Part shown: positions 26,183 to 35,600 of the stretch, one piece after another
Position numbering within the stretch: position 1 is the first letter of the stretch
Layout: every line of letters starts with the position of its first letter
Assembly (NCBI GenBank): GCA_965204895.1
Contig: OZ242025.1
Location: 428,902-492,901 of the forward strand
DNA from: Dehalococcoidia bacterium
Lineage (GTDB): Bacteria > Chloroflexota > Dehalococcoidia > Lucifugimonadales > UBA2985
Direction: 5' to 3'
DNA length: 64,000 nt
The notes under the pieces: generated by a model
Databases searched by the model: none
What the model saw: only the letters and a program-made list of their open reading frames with translations
Told to the model about the DNA's origin: nothing
Program-made: the position numbers and the translations under genes

Positions 26183-26944
26183 ATGACAACTAGGCCCAGA
26201 CTCCTGACTGCGGCGTTCGCCCTATCCCTGTTCCTGATGCTGCTGGCGGCCTGCGGCTCCGAAGACCCGACCACCGCGCCCGCGCCAACCTCCACGCTGG
26301 CCCCCACAAATACCCCTTCCCAGATGGAACCCACCGCCGCGCCAACGGCGACAGCCGAGATGGTGCCCAGCACGCCGGAGGCATCCCCGACCCCTGAGCC
26401 AGCGATGATGGAGAGGAGCGTGGGCGACTACGAAGGAATAACCTTTGTTGTGTCGGACGGGTCGGAGGCCACCTTCACGGTGGAGGAGCAGCTTGTCAGG
26501 CTTCCCCTGCCCAACGACGCCGTTATGCGCACCACCACCCTATCCGGTGAGGTGCACCTGGACGGCAGAGAGTCCGCCATACAGATAGACCTGCACACTC
26601 TGGCCAGCGATCAGCAGTACAGGGACAGGTACGTCAGGAGCCGGATGTTCGGTGACCACCAGTTCGCCACCTTCACCGTGCCGGACGTGGGCCCGCTGCC
26701 CGAAGGGCTGGACGCCGGAGATACGGTGACTACAAAGGTGAGCGGCTCGCTGGACATCCGCGGCATCACCGTGCCCATGGAGTTCGAAATCGAGGCGCGG
26801 GACGACGGCAGCGAGCTGTTCATCCGGGGACGCACCACCTTCACCTGGCAGGAGCTGGACATCCCCCCACCCACCGCGCCCTCCGTGGCCAGCATAGAGG
26901 ACGAAGTGAAGGTTGAGGTGCTTCTGGCGGTAGTCCCGCAGTAG
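26183..26944 (+). CDS. YceI-like domain lipoprotein
   Basis: Only the part of ORF 25643..26944 downstream of the ATG at 26183 looks real. Signal peptide plus lipobox LLAAC, a Pro/Thr linker, and a YceI-like core (DLHTLASDQQYRDRYVRSRMF..HQFATF). Confidence 0.75.
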   Translation: MTTRPRLLTAAFALSLFLMLLAACGSEDPTTAPAPTSTLAPTNTPSQMEPTAAPTATAEMVPSTPEASPTPEPAMMERSVGDYEGITFVVSDGSEATFTVEEQLVRLPLPNDAVMRTTTLSGEVHLDGRESAIQIDLHTLASDQQYRDRYVRSRMFGDHQFATFTVPDVGPLPEGLDAGDTVTTKVSGSLDIRGITVPMEFEIEARDDGSELFIRGRTTFTWQELDIPPPTAPSVASIEDEVKVEVLLAVVPQ

Positions 26945-26950
26945 GCTTGA

Positions 26951-27475
26951 CTACTGCTGGACGAACCTACGGTACACCTCCTCCTCAGAGAGGGACTCCT
27001 TGTGGAACCAGTTGGCCTCGATTACGCCGTAGACCTCCTGCAGGCCGTCCAGGACGCTGTTGGTCAAGCTGTAGGCCTCCTCCGTCGATTGCAGGGGCAG
27101 GCTCGCTCCGTCCAGTATCAGCAGCACGTTGGACACGGCCCTTATTAGCTCCACGGTGCCCACCTGAGTTGCGTTGTTCCGAGCGGTGGACATGCTGTGG
27201 TATATGGATGACGGCTCGTGGTACTTGAGGAGCATGGACAGGGAGTGGTCCGGCTCATCTATGTGAATGCCGCGAAGCCTGGCGGCGTTGACCAGGGACG
27301 CCGCCAGAGCGTGTACGTCCTCACCGTTGTCCATCGCCAGCCTGGCAAAGGTGTTGATCACCCTAGCCACGTTCTCGGCCCGCTCCAGCCAGCGGCCCAG
27401 CCAGATGAGGTTGTACACCCTGGAGTCCGTAAGCCACCTGTCCGAGTTGAATGACCATGCCCTTGGTTCTACCAT
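26951..27475 (-). CDS. alpha-E domain protein (short form)
   Basis: ORF trimmed to the ATG at 27475 (MVEPRAWSF...). The GRWLERAENVARV 'ER' motif is typical of the alpha-E family. 174 aa, about half the usual length. Confidence 0.7.
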   Translation of the reverse strand: MVEPRAWSFNSDRWLTDSRVYNLIWLGRWLERAENVARVINTFARLAMDNGEDVHALAASLVNAARLRGIHIDEPDHSLSMLLKYHEPSSIYHSMSTARNNATQVGTVELIRAVSNVLLILDGASLPLQSTEEAYSLTNSVLDGLQEVYGVIEANWFHKESLSEEEVYRRFVQQ

Positions 27476-27488
27476 CTCCTCACCCCTT

Positions 27489-28394
27489 TCACCCGTTGTT
27501 GTTCTCAATGAGGCCCAAAGCGTCATCAAAGGAAATGTGGTCTCTGTCGAAGTACACCTGCGCCTTTGTAAAGTCCAGCTGCCCCGAGCCTCTTGAGATA
27601 AAGGAGCCGGACACCGGCGGCACGTCCGAATAGTCACGACCGACTCCCAGCTTGAGATAGTCTGTGCCGATCTCTATTTCCACGCCCCTTGTTGGGTCGG
27701 CTGGCAGCCAGCCGGCCTCCGGATGGTGGAACTCCAGCCAGGCGTGGGTCTCGCCGGCCTGGCGAGTCAGCAGGCCACTCACGTATCGCGCGGGCACGCC
27801 CAGGGCCCGTATCATCCCCAGCGCCAGGTGCGTCTTGTCCTGGCAGACGCCCTCCATGGAGTTCAGCACGTCCAGGGCCGAGGTGTTGACTGAGGTGTTG
27901 CCCCTCTGGTACTTCACCTCCTCCCTCACCCACTTCACAACCACGTGGATTAGCTCCAGGAGGGTTGAGGCGTGGCCCGCCACGTACCTGGCCGCGTCCT
28001 CCACGGTAGAGGGGTCCACCAGCGGAGAGGGCGCCAGGAACTCGAAGGCGTCCGGGCGGCGCTCGATGGAAAAGAGGGACATGTCGACGACCGGCGGAGA
28101 CTCTTCATCCAGGTACACCTCGCCTATGGAGGCGATGATAAGCTCCTGGTGCGGTGTCATAATCCGCGCTCGGTGCACCGCGTTGCCGAATCGGTCGGAG
28201 TAGCCCACCTTCCGTCCGTCCGGGCTGGTCTGGATGTCGCGGCTTTCAACCCACTGGCGCTGGTCGGAGTAGGCGGAAAGTCGCAGAAAGTTGTCGTTCT
28301 GGACTACCACGTCCGAGTAGGTGTACCTGGCCACGTAAGCGTAGTGGACGGGTACTGCGCCGCTGCCTACATGACTACCCAGCTCGGCTTGCAT
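27489..28394 (-). CDS. transglutaminase-like cysteine peptidase family protein
   Basis: N-terminal Bact_transglu_N-like region. Catalytic triad context GVCQDKTHLALGMIRALGVPARYVSG, ETHAWLEF, LPADPT. Confidence 0.85.
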   Translation of the reverse strand: MQAELGSHVGSGAVPVHYAYVARYTYSDVVVQNDNFLRLSAYSDQRQWVESRDIQTSPDGRKVGYSDRFGNAVHRARIMTPHQELIIASIGEVYLDEESPPVVDMSLFSIERRPDAFEFLAPSPLVDPSTVEDAARYVAGHASTLLELIHVVVKWVREEVKYQRGNTSVNTSALDVLNSMEGVCQDKTHLALGMIRALGVPARYVSGLLTRQAGETHAWLEFHHPEAGWLPADPTRGVEIEIGTDYLKLGVGRDYSDVPPVSGSFISRGSGQLDFTKAQVYFDRDHISFDDALGLIENNNG

Positions 28395-29746
28395 GACCCA
28401 CCTGAAGAGTTGTTGGTGACCCGACTGGAAGCCTGGGATACACGTGTGAGACCTCCCGGAAACACGCTGACTTCACCGTTGCCGTTTTGGGTGGCGAACA
28501 CCCTCAGGTCGACGTACCGCTCCTGCAGCCTGCCGCTCTCTTCATCGAACACCACGTGCTTAGAAAAGTCAAGGGTCTCCTGGGCAATGAAGGTCTGTGG
28601 CTGCTCAATCACCTGCCGCGCCAGACGATTCCTGTACATTCCTCCCAGGTCCGGCATGATGTAGACGCCCAGCCCGCCGTACCCCTGGCGTATCTTCAGC
28701 ACAAGGTTGTCCAGGTTCTGCAGGACGTATTGCCGCTCTGTTGGCGACCGCAGGTCGTAGGAGACAGCCTGCTCCAGGATAGGGTCTTCTCCCAGGTAGC
28801 TCTTTATCATATCCGGCACCCACAGAAAGACCAGCTTGTCGTCGACTGCGCCAGTGCCCATTGCGTTAACCAGAACGACCTTCCTGTTCAGATAAGCCTC
28901 CATCAGCCCCGGCACGAACATGTCCAGGTCCTCCACGCGCCGGTATATCAGGTCAACCTCAAAGTCGCCGTCCATTGACCTGCACCACACCCGCCCGTTG
29001 CCCCCGATGTAAAGGTCTGACCCTTCCACAAGGGTAATCCCCAGAAGCTCGGACAGGTAGCGGTGCTCAAAGAAGGCAGCGCCGTACTTGCTGTCCGTCA
29101 GCAGCACGCAGGAGGGGGAGTCCGTGTCGCACAGGGAGAGGAACATCTCCTGGTAGGCCGCCTTTATGTCGTAGGGGACGATGTTATAGCCCTCTGAAAG
29201 CTCCGGCATGACCTGGAGGCCAATCTCCGTGGACTTCATCTGGTAGCTGATGCCGGACGGAATGCGCAGGTTGTCCTCCAGGATCACGTAGTTTCCGTCC
29301 CCCATGTGGACAAGGTCCACGCCGTAGATGTGGACAAAAACGTCTTTGGGAGGGCGGAAGTCCTGGAGCTCCGGGTTGTAGTAGTGGCAGGAGAAGAGCA
29401 CGTCTCCGGGGACGATGTCCTGCTCGCCGCAGTACAGGTCCAGCATGAAGCGATTGATAGCCTTCAGGCGCTGGCCGACGCCCTCAGCAATCCTGTCCCA
29501 GTGCTCCCTGGGAATGATCCGGGGAATCCAGTCGATGGGCACCGTGCGGAACTCCCTGGGGTCCAGCCGAAAGGTGAAGGCGTCCATCATGGACCGGTCT
29601 CTGGCCTGCTGCCACCGACGCTGCATCTCGTCCACGCCCAGCCTGTCCAGGTTGTTCACGAGACCCTGGTAGACGGGCCGGACACTCCCATTTGAGTCCA
29701 GAAACTCGTTCAGAGATTGGCCTGCGGGAAATGAGTCCGTCAACAT
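28367..29746 (-). CDS. circularly permuted ATP-grasp (type 2) protein
   Basis: 459 aa. Family-typical N-terminus (VRPVYQGLVNNL...MQRRWQQARD..) and core. 28-nt overlap with the transglutaminase ORF. Confidence 0.8.
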   Translation of the reverse strand: MLTDSFPAGQSLNEFLDSNGSVRPVYQGLVNNLDRLGVDEMQRRWQQARDRSMMDAFTFRLDPREFRTVPIDWIPRIIPREHWDRIAEGVGQRLKAINRFMLDLYCGEQDIVPGDVLFSCHYYNPELQDFRPPKDVFVHIYGVDLVHMGDGNYVILEDNLRIPSGISYQMKSTEIGLQVMPELSEGYNIVPYDIKAAYQEMFLSLCDTDSPSCVLLTDSKYGAAFFEHRYLSELLGITLVEGSDLYIGGNGRVWCRSMDGDFEVDLIYRRVEDLDMFVPGLMEAYLNRKVVLVNAMGTGAVDDKLVFLWVPDMIKSYLGEDPILEQAVSYDLRSPTERQYVLQNLDNLVLKIRQGYGGLGVYIMPDLGGMYRNRLARQVIEQPQTFIAQETLDFSKHVVFDEESGRLQERYVDLRVFATQNGNGEVSVFPGGLTRVSQASSRVTNNSSGGSCKPSWVVM

Positions 29747-29820
29747 AGCTCGTTAGCTCTCCCTCCGGGCGTTCCTATGCCCTTCCCTGCCAGCCTCGCG
29801 TCCGTTTCGACAGGGTTGGG

Positions 29821-29848
29821 ACTCTAACATACCTTTCAGGTATTGCAA
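29821..29848 (-). promoter_or_regulatory. candidate promoter of the ATP-grasp operon with an inverted repeat in the spacer
   Basis: The minus strand reads TTGCAA (29843-48)-N16-TAGAGT (29821-26). The spacer contains ATACCT-nnn-AGGTAT (29829-29843). Confidence 0.4.
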
Positions 29849-29944
29849 GCACGTTACGTTATGGTAACAGGCGGGTTACAGGGGTAAGTCCGTGCGCAGG
29901 AGGAGGAGTGTCAGGAGAGGCTCAATCTGGCTGAGCAACAGTGG

Positions 29945-31078
29945 CTACCACTGCACGAACATGGGCATCACCACGTGGACGTAGTCCTCGTTGCCCACGG
30001 GCTTCACCACGCCCGGGCTGGAGGGCGTTGTGGTCTCCAGAGCCACCTCGCCGCGCTCCATTGCGCCGAGCACCTCCGTCAGGTAGCGGCTGCTGAAGGC
30101 GATCTTGGCCTCGTCGCCCTCTACCTTGGCGTCTATCTCGCCCTGGTTGTCGCCCGTCTCCTCTGCCCTGGAAGCGATTACCATCTTCCCCACTGAGTCG
30201 TTGGAGCCGGGAGTCATCTGGAGCCGGATAATGCCGCCGCCGTCCCGTGCGAATATGGATGCGGCCCGGGCCGCCCGGTTGAAGTCCTGCAGGTCAACCA
30301 CCGCCCTGGTGCCGAAGCCCTGGGGCACAAGCTGGCTGTAGTTGGGAAAGGTGCCCTGGATGAGCTGGGAGACTATCTCCACGTTCTTCAGGTGCACCAG
30401 CAGCTGGCTCTTTGAAGGGGTAACCACCAGGTCTACCGGCTCGTCCTGGTCGGCAAGCAGGCGCTGCAACTCGCCCAGGGTCCTGGCCGGGACTATGGCG
30501 TGGGTCTCCTCCGGCACAGGCTCCAGGAGCGGGGCCCTGTACACCGCCAGCCGGAAGCCGTCCGCTCCGGCCAGGGTGAGGGTCTGCTCAGACGCCTCCA
30601 GCTTGACGCCGGTGAGCACCGGCCTGGTGTCCTCCGTGGCGGCGGCAAAGACCACCCTGCTGATGGCCGTGCGCAGCACCTGGGGATCTATCCGGGCGGT
30701 CATGCCGTCCTCAACCGTGGGTATGGGCGGGAACTCCTCGGCGTCCGCGCCGTTTATGTGGGCCTCGAACCGGGCGCACTTGAAGTGCACCCCCTTGGGC
30801 CGCGGGGTAAGCTCCATGTCTATCTTCTCGTTGGGCAGTGAGCCAACGAAGTCCGAGAGAAGCCTTGCCGGGACGGTGATGGCCCCCTCCATCTCCACCA
30901 TAGCCCCCACCCAGGTTGTGATGGCCAACTCCAGGTTGGTGGCCGACAGCTTGAGCCTGGATTGGTCCGTCTCCATGAGGACGTTCTGGGTTATTGGCAG
31001 AGTGGTGCGGGTAGCCACCGCACGACTAATGAGATTCAGCCCCCGGTTAAGGTTTTCCTGCAAACAAGATACCCTCAT
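29945..31078 (-). CDS. dnaN: DNA polymerase III beta sliding clamp
   Basis: 377 aa. MRVSCLQENLNRGLNLISRAVATRTTLPITQNVLMETDQSRLKLSATNLELAI... is typical of DnaN. Confidence 0.9.
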   Translation of the reverse strand: MRVSCLQENLNRGLNLISRAVATRTTLPITQNVLMETDQSRLKLSATNLELAITTWVGAMVEMEGAITVPARLLSDFVGSLPNEKIDMELTPRPKGVHFKCARFEAHINGADAEEFPPIPTVEDGMTARIDPQVLRTAISRVVFAAATEDTRPVLTGVKLEASEQTLTLAGADGFRLAVYRAPLLEPVPEETHAIVPARTLGELQRLLADQDEPVDLVVTPSKSQLLVHLKNVEIVSQLIQGTFPNYSQLVPQGFGTRAVVDLQDFNRAARAASIFARDGGGIIRLQMTPGSNDSVGKMVIASRAEETGDNQGEIDAKVEGDEAKIAFSSRYLTEVLGAMERGEVALETTTPSSPGVVKPVGNEDYVHVVMPMFVQW

Positions 31079-31114
31079 GGCCCACCTTTAGAACAGATTT
31101 AATAGACTGCCAGT

Positions 31115-31143
31115 AGTATAAGTCCGACCCGTTGTATCGTCAA
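31115..31143 (-). promoter_or_regulatory. candidate dnaN promoter
   Basis: The minus strand reads TTGACG (31138-43)-N17-TATACT (31115-20), about 37 nt upstream of the ATG. Confidence 0.45.
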
Positions 31144-31240
31144 TGAACTTGAAGCCCGCTAGACGCCAATGCTAGACTTCCATCAAGAACCTCGCCTGGT
31201 TGCCAATGGGAGCCGCGAAACATCCATCGGGAGGGTAAAT

Positions 31241-31996
31241 ATGATTTCGTCAGATTCGAACTTGCTTCCATCAACAAAATCCGCAGGGATAGCCCTGACC
31301 GCGGGAATTCTCCTGGCCTTCCTGGCATCCGCCTTCTACCCCGGGGGAGCAATTATAGACCCCGTGGAGCAGTCCGACTTTCTCGCCGTCATCGACGTCT
31401 GGACTGACAACGCAAGCCTCACCCACATACTGACCTTGACATTCATAGTCGCCATGCTGCTTGAGGCGTACGGATTCCTGGGGCTGTTCCGACTGCTGGG
31501 TCGGCAGAGCGGATTCGCCAATTCAGCATTGCTTTTTGGGCTGGTAACCAGCCTCTTCACCTGGGGGGTATTCATAGTTGGAATGGGGATGAGGCACATC
31601 GTTGTCCACATCATGCAGCACGATCTGGGCGCGGGCCCGGATGCGCAGGCGGACCTTGAAGTCCTTGCCCTGACGGTCTATACGGCCATGGCGGGAGTCC
31701 ACTTTGCGTTCCTTGCCGTCTCTCCTATTGCTACCATGTTCACCGGGATTGGCCTCGCTCCCCGGTTTGAGGAGATGAGTATCTACAAGCTGGCCCCCTA
31801 CGGCCTGATCCTGTCCGGCCTTGTGGGCATTGTCCACTTCACCGGCGCACAGCAACTCCAGAACGTAGATCTCACCCAGTTTGCGTGGACATCCGCCATG
31901 CTCCTGCTGTTCAGTTCCGTATGCCTGATTATAGTAGGCGTGGGTATGGCCCAGAACCGGTATGAGTTCACCGGAGAGGACAGGTACGCCTGGTAA
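31241..31996 (+). CDS. hypothetical integral membrane protein
   Basis: ATG 31241 with GGAGGG upstream. At least 6 hydrophobic segments. No family recognised. Confidence 0.55.
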   Translation: MISSDSNLLPSTKSAGIALTAGILLAFLASAFYPGGAIIDPVEQSDFLAVIDVWTDNASLTHILTLTFIVAMLLEAYGFLGLFRLLGRQSGFANSALLFGLVTSLFTWGVFIVGMGMRHIVVHIMQHDLGAGPDAQADLEVLALTVYTAMAGVHFAFLAVSPIATMFTGIGLAPRFEEMSIYKLAPYGLILSGLVGIVHFTGAQQLQNVDLTQFAWTSAMLLLFSSVCLIIVGVGMAQNRYEFTGEDRYAW

Positions 31997-32091
31997 GGCG
32001 CGCCTCAACTCGAATACTAATCGAAGGGCGGGTGGTCTCTGGAAGGCCGCCCGCCTCTGGTTTCGACCCGGCTATTGGCGAGCGTAGCTCG

Positions 32092-32742
32092 CTACCCTGC
32101 CAGCCTGCGTATGTCTCCCAGGACGAGGTCCATGTCCCACTCGACTGCGCCGTCGTAGTAGGCCCTGATCTGCCCTGCGCCGTCCACCAGCGCCAGCCTG
32201 TTTGTGTGGACAACGTCGTACTCGTGGATGTGAGTGGAACCGTCCGTATGCAGATGCTCAAACGTCTTTGGGACCTCCGTGAAGGTCAGCTTGAAGCCGT
32301 TGGTCACAATGCGCCGCATCTCCTCCGGCGACCCGGTCAGAAAGCGCCACGCGTCGTGGTCTGCGTCGTGGGCACTGGCGTAGGCCAGGAGCACGTCCGG
32401 GGTGTCGTACTCCGGGTCTACGGTGAAGGAGAGCAGCGCCACCTCACCCCCCAGAAGGCCGTCCTCCTCCAGCCTTTCCTGCACCTGCGCCATGCGCGGA
32501 GTCAGCGTGGGGCAGAACTCGACGCAGTTGGTGAAGACGAAGTTTGCCAGGACAACCCTGCCCCGGAGGTCGTTATCGGTGACCGTGCGACCCAGCTGGT
32601 CGGTCAGGGAGAAAGAGGGAGACTCGTAGTATACGGGCAGGTCGTCGGCTTCAGAGCCGCAGGCAAGGGCGGTAACAAAGATGGTGCACATCGCACCAAG
32701 CAGCCATCGCTTCGATTTCGGAACAACCGAATCAAACCACAA
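32092..32742 (-). CDS. SCO1/SenC family copper chaperone (lipoprotein)
   Basis: Thioredoxin-like CVEFCPTLT (CxxxC) plus a distal His. Lipobox ALAC. Last gene of the oxidase cluster. Confidence 0.85.
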   Translation of the reverse strand: MWFDSVVPKSKRWLLGAMCTIFVTALACGSEADDLPVYYESPSFSLTDQLGRTVTDNDLRGRVVLANFVFTNCVEFCPTLTPRMAQVQERLEEDGLLGGEVALLSFTVDPEYDTPDVLLAYASAHDADHDAWRFLTGSPEEMRRIVTNGFKLTFTEVPKTFEHLHTDGSTHIHEYDVVHTNRLALVDGAGQIRAYYDGAVEWDMDLVLGDIRRLAG

Positions 32743-33646
32743 AAGCGCGGTCCAGGACCAGGCCCAGGAAAAGGGCCGCCAGGTACACGGTGGAGTACTT
32801 GAACAGCCTCATGGCCCACACCCGCTCCAGTGAGCGGTACACCTTTACGGAGAGGGCCACAAGGGGGACGCCCAGCAGGACGGCCGTTGCCAGGTACAGC
32901 GTCCCGAACAGGCCCAGCACAGCGGGCAGAGCGGTCACGAGAACAAGCAGGACGGAGTAGAGAAGGATGTGCCGCGCCGTCTCCCTGTCGCCCAGCACCA
33001 CCGGGAGCATGGGAACGCTGACCTTTCTGTAGTCCTCCTTGAACACCATTATCAGGGCGTAGGCGTGGGGGGGCGTCCAGAAGAAGACTATGAGGAACAG
33101 GAAGATGGAGGACATGTCTATGCTGCCGGATACGGCAACCCAGCCAATCAGGGGCGGAAATGCGCCGGCCGCGCCTCCCACAACGACGTTCTGGTGAGTC
33201 CGCCGCTTGAGGTAGACGCTGTAGATCAGCACGTAGTACAGCCAGGCGATGGCCCCCAGCACGGCTACAAGGGGGCTTATCAGGAGAAACAGAGGCATGG
33301 AGAGCAGGCTGATGGCTATGCTGAATATCAACACGTGCCTTGGTGCTATCTGCCTCAGGGGCAGAGGCCGTTTGCGGGTGCGCTCCATCTCCACGTCCAA
33401 CTCCCGGTCAAGGTAGCAGTTAAGAGCGCCCGCGCCACCGGAGCACAGGTAGCCACCAAGCAGGATGATGGCCGCAGCGCTCCAGGCCACCGTGCCGCCC
33501 CCGGCAGCCAGCATCCCCGCGGCCGTGCTTATGAGGAGCAGCACGGCTATCCTGGGCTTGGTGAGCCGGAAGTACACCCTGGCAGTGGACAGCAGGCGCG
33601 GGTAAAGCGCCGTCGCCGGTTCGCTGGACGTGAAGTCGGTCTTCAC
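32732..33646 (-). CDS. ctaB: protoheme IX farnesyltransferase (heme O synthase)
   Basis: UbiA-family polytopic protein in the oxidase operon. NCYLDRELD and WTPPH motifs. Confidence 0.9.
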   Translation of the reverse strand: MKTDFTSSEPATALYPRLLSTARVYFRLTKPRIAVLLLISTAAGMLAAGGGTVAWSAAAIILLGGYLCSGGAGALNCYLDRELDVEMERTRKRPLPLRQIAPRHVLIFSIAISLLSMPLFLLISPLVAVLGAIAWLYYVLIYSVYLKRRTHQNVVVGGAAGAFPPLIGWVAVSGSIDMSSIFLFLIVFFWTPPHAYALIMVFKEDYRKVSVPMLPVVLGDRETARHILLYSVLLVLVTALPAVLGLFGTLYLATAVLLGVPLVALSVKVYRSLERVWAMRLFKYSTVYLAALFLGLVLDRAFVV

Positions 33647-34599
33647 CGGGCTACTCCGTAGTTGGCTCTGCCGGCCGTCATGACGGACTCCTCAGATTCC
33701 GACGCGCCGTTCCACAAGCGCCCCACAAGCAGCATGGCGACGGCGAAGAAGAGGATGGCGGCAACCAGGTGCATGGCGCGTATCTCCGTTGGCAGGCGCA
33801 ACAGCACGTTGCCGAGGCCAAGGGCCACCTGCGACCCCAGCACCGCGCTCATCAGCCACGTGAACTGAACGATGCCTGGTTGACCGACGCCTATCGCCCT
33901 TATCACGGCCACGACCATGAAGACTACCGCCAGGAAGGCGGCAACCCTGTGTATCATGTGAATCCAGTGTACTGTTGCCATGTCCCCTACCGATATTCCG
34001 CACAAGGGTATGGAGGTGCACGCCAGTGAAGCCCCCTCCGTGCGGGTCACGTATGCCCCCGTGAGTATAACAAGAAAAGTGACGGCTGCCAGCGCCACTA
34101 TCAGCCGCCGGAAACGGTCCCATCGGTTGTCCCAGACCACGTCTACCGACTGGGGCCTGAAGGGTTCGACTGTCCTGGCGACTATGACCGCCAGTACACC
34201 CACCAGGCTTGTGGCGATGGCGGTGTGTATCAGGGCCACGCCCGGACTCAACTCCGACAGCACGGTGTACGCCCCGAACCCGGCCTGTATCACTATTAGC
34301 ACGCCGGACACCAGCGCCAGGTGCATTGTGACGCCCCGCGCCCCGTAGCGTGCGAAGCCGGAAACGACCATGAGAAAGGTGAACACCCCGGCCACGGCCG
34401 CCGAAAGTCGGTGGAGGTACTCCAGCCAGGAGGTCAGCTCCCAGGGCGGTATCACCTGTCCGTAGCACAGGGGCCAGTCGGGGCAGCCAAGGCCGGAGCC
34501 GGTGACGCGCACGACTCCCCCCATCGTCACCGCCATAAGCGCTGTGACAAGGGAGGCCACGGCCATCGCCGGAAACATTCGCCTGAGACTTGCGCCCAT
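33643..34599 (-). CDS. ctaA: heme A synthase (COX15/CtaA)
   Basis: GSGLGCPDWPLCYG motif, paired His-containing TM helices, and a 4-nt overlap with ctaB. Confidence 0.8.
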   Translation of the reverse strand: MGASLRRMFPAMAVASLVTALMAVTMGGVVRVTGSGLGCPDWPLCYGQVIPPWELTSWLEYLHRLSAAVAGVFTFLMVVSGFARYGARGVTMHLALVSGVLIVIQAGFGAYTVLSELSPGVALIHTAIATSLVGVLAVIVARTVEPFRPQSVDVVWDNRWDRFRRLIVALAAVTFLVILTGAYVTRTEGASLACTSIPLCGISVGDMATVHWIHMIHRVAAFLAVVFMVVAVIRAIGVGQPGIVQFTWLMSAVLGSQVALGLGNVLLRLPTEIRAMHLVAAILFFAVAMLLVGRLWNGASESEESVMTAGRANYGVAR

Positions 34600-34640
34600 C
34601 GTCTAGCTCTGACTTCTCTCCACTACGGTATTGGTCATCA

Positions 34641-35516
34641 TCACAGGGTTGGCTGAAACTCCTGGATCTCTTCCCGCTCCTGCCTGTAGAACCACTTGAG
34701 GAACAGGATGCAGATGGCGGGCAGGAAGACGGAGAGCCAGGATACCTTCATTATTATCCCGCCCATTTGCTGGTCTGCCAACGGGGAAATGCCCCAAATC
34801 CTGGGCGTGGTCTCGTAGAAGGAGTACATCACGTCGTTGGAGAAGGTTAGGGCGGCGAACAGTGGGGTCTGGGAGATGGACAGGGCCACCAGGTAGAGTA
34901 TCTGCGCCGGGTAGGATATGCGCGGCAGCTCCGGCAGGGGGCTCAACACGGGCCACCACGCTATCACGGCAGCCGACATGAACAGAAGGTGCTCCAGGAT
35001 GTGCACCGGGTGCTCGCGCAGCGCGCCCTCGTAGAAGATGGGGAAGTGCCACAAGTTCAGGATGATGTTGAAGATGAGAAAGGCCACAAGGGGCTTGGTC
35101 AGGAAGCGCCCTGCCCTCAGCACAAGGCCATTGCTCACCAGGGGACGCAGCAGCCAGCCCGGTGTCCCGATCAGCAGCAGAGGCGGCACAACCAGCGTAA
35201 TCAGCGAGTGCTGCACCATGTGGGCGCTGAACAGGTAGTTGTCGCTCAGCTCGTGGATGGGGCCGGCCAGCGAGAAGAGCATGACGCCCACGGCCGTCAG
35301 GAAGGAGATCACCTGCCATCGAGTGGGCTTGACCACGTCGGCCCACACCAGGCGTCCCCTGAGAGGCCCCACGTACAGGAGGTACAGCCCGGCGAACAGC
35401 AGCAGGCCGGAGTAGAGGTCTGTGTGCCAGTGCCACTCCCACCAGGAAAAGCTCTCCTGATACCGATTAGTCTGGGCGAAGATGGACGCCATTGTGTCAG
35501 AAGCTACGTGCCACAT
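34641..35516 (-). CDS. ctaG: cytochrome c oxidase assembly factor CtaG (caa3 type, membrane)
   Basis: Polytopic protein with HMVQHSLITLVVPPLLLIGTP, typical of Caa3_CtaG. Confidence 0.8.
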   Translation of the reverse strand: MWHVASDTMASIFAQTNRYQESFSWWEWHWHTDLYSGLLLFAGLYLLYVGPLRGRLVWADVVKPTRWQVISFLTAVGVMLFSLAGPIHELSDNYLFSAHMVQHSLITLVVPPLLLIGTPGWLLRPLVSNGLVLRAGRFLTKPLVAFLIFNIILNLWHFPIFYEGALREHPVHILEHLLFMSAAVIAWWPVLSPLPELPRISYPAQILYLVALSISQTPLFAALTFSNDVMYSFYETTPRIWGISPLADQQMGGIIMKVSWLSVFLPAICILFLKWFYRQEREEIQEFQPTL

Positions 35517-35600
35517 GTCAGCGACTCCGGGGCCTCACCATTATACAACAGCCGACCCTTTGAGGTGGGCCAGGGAGGGAGACATGTAGCCTAGCGCCCG

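Noticed and set aside
31079-31240. DnaA boxes or an origin next to dnaN.
   Set aside because: I saw no TTATCCACA/TGTGGATAA-like 9-mers and no AT-rich unwinding element.
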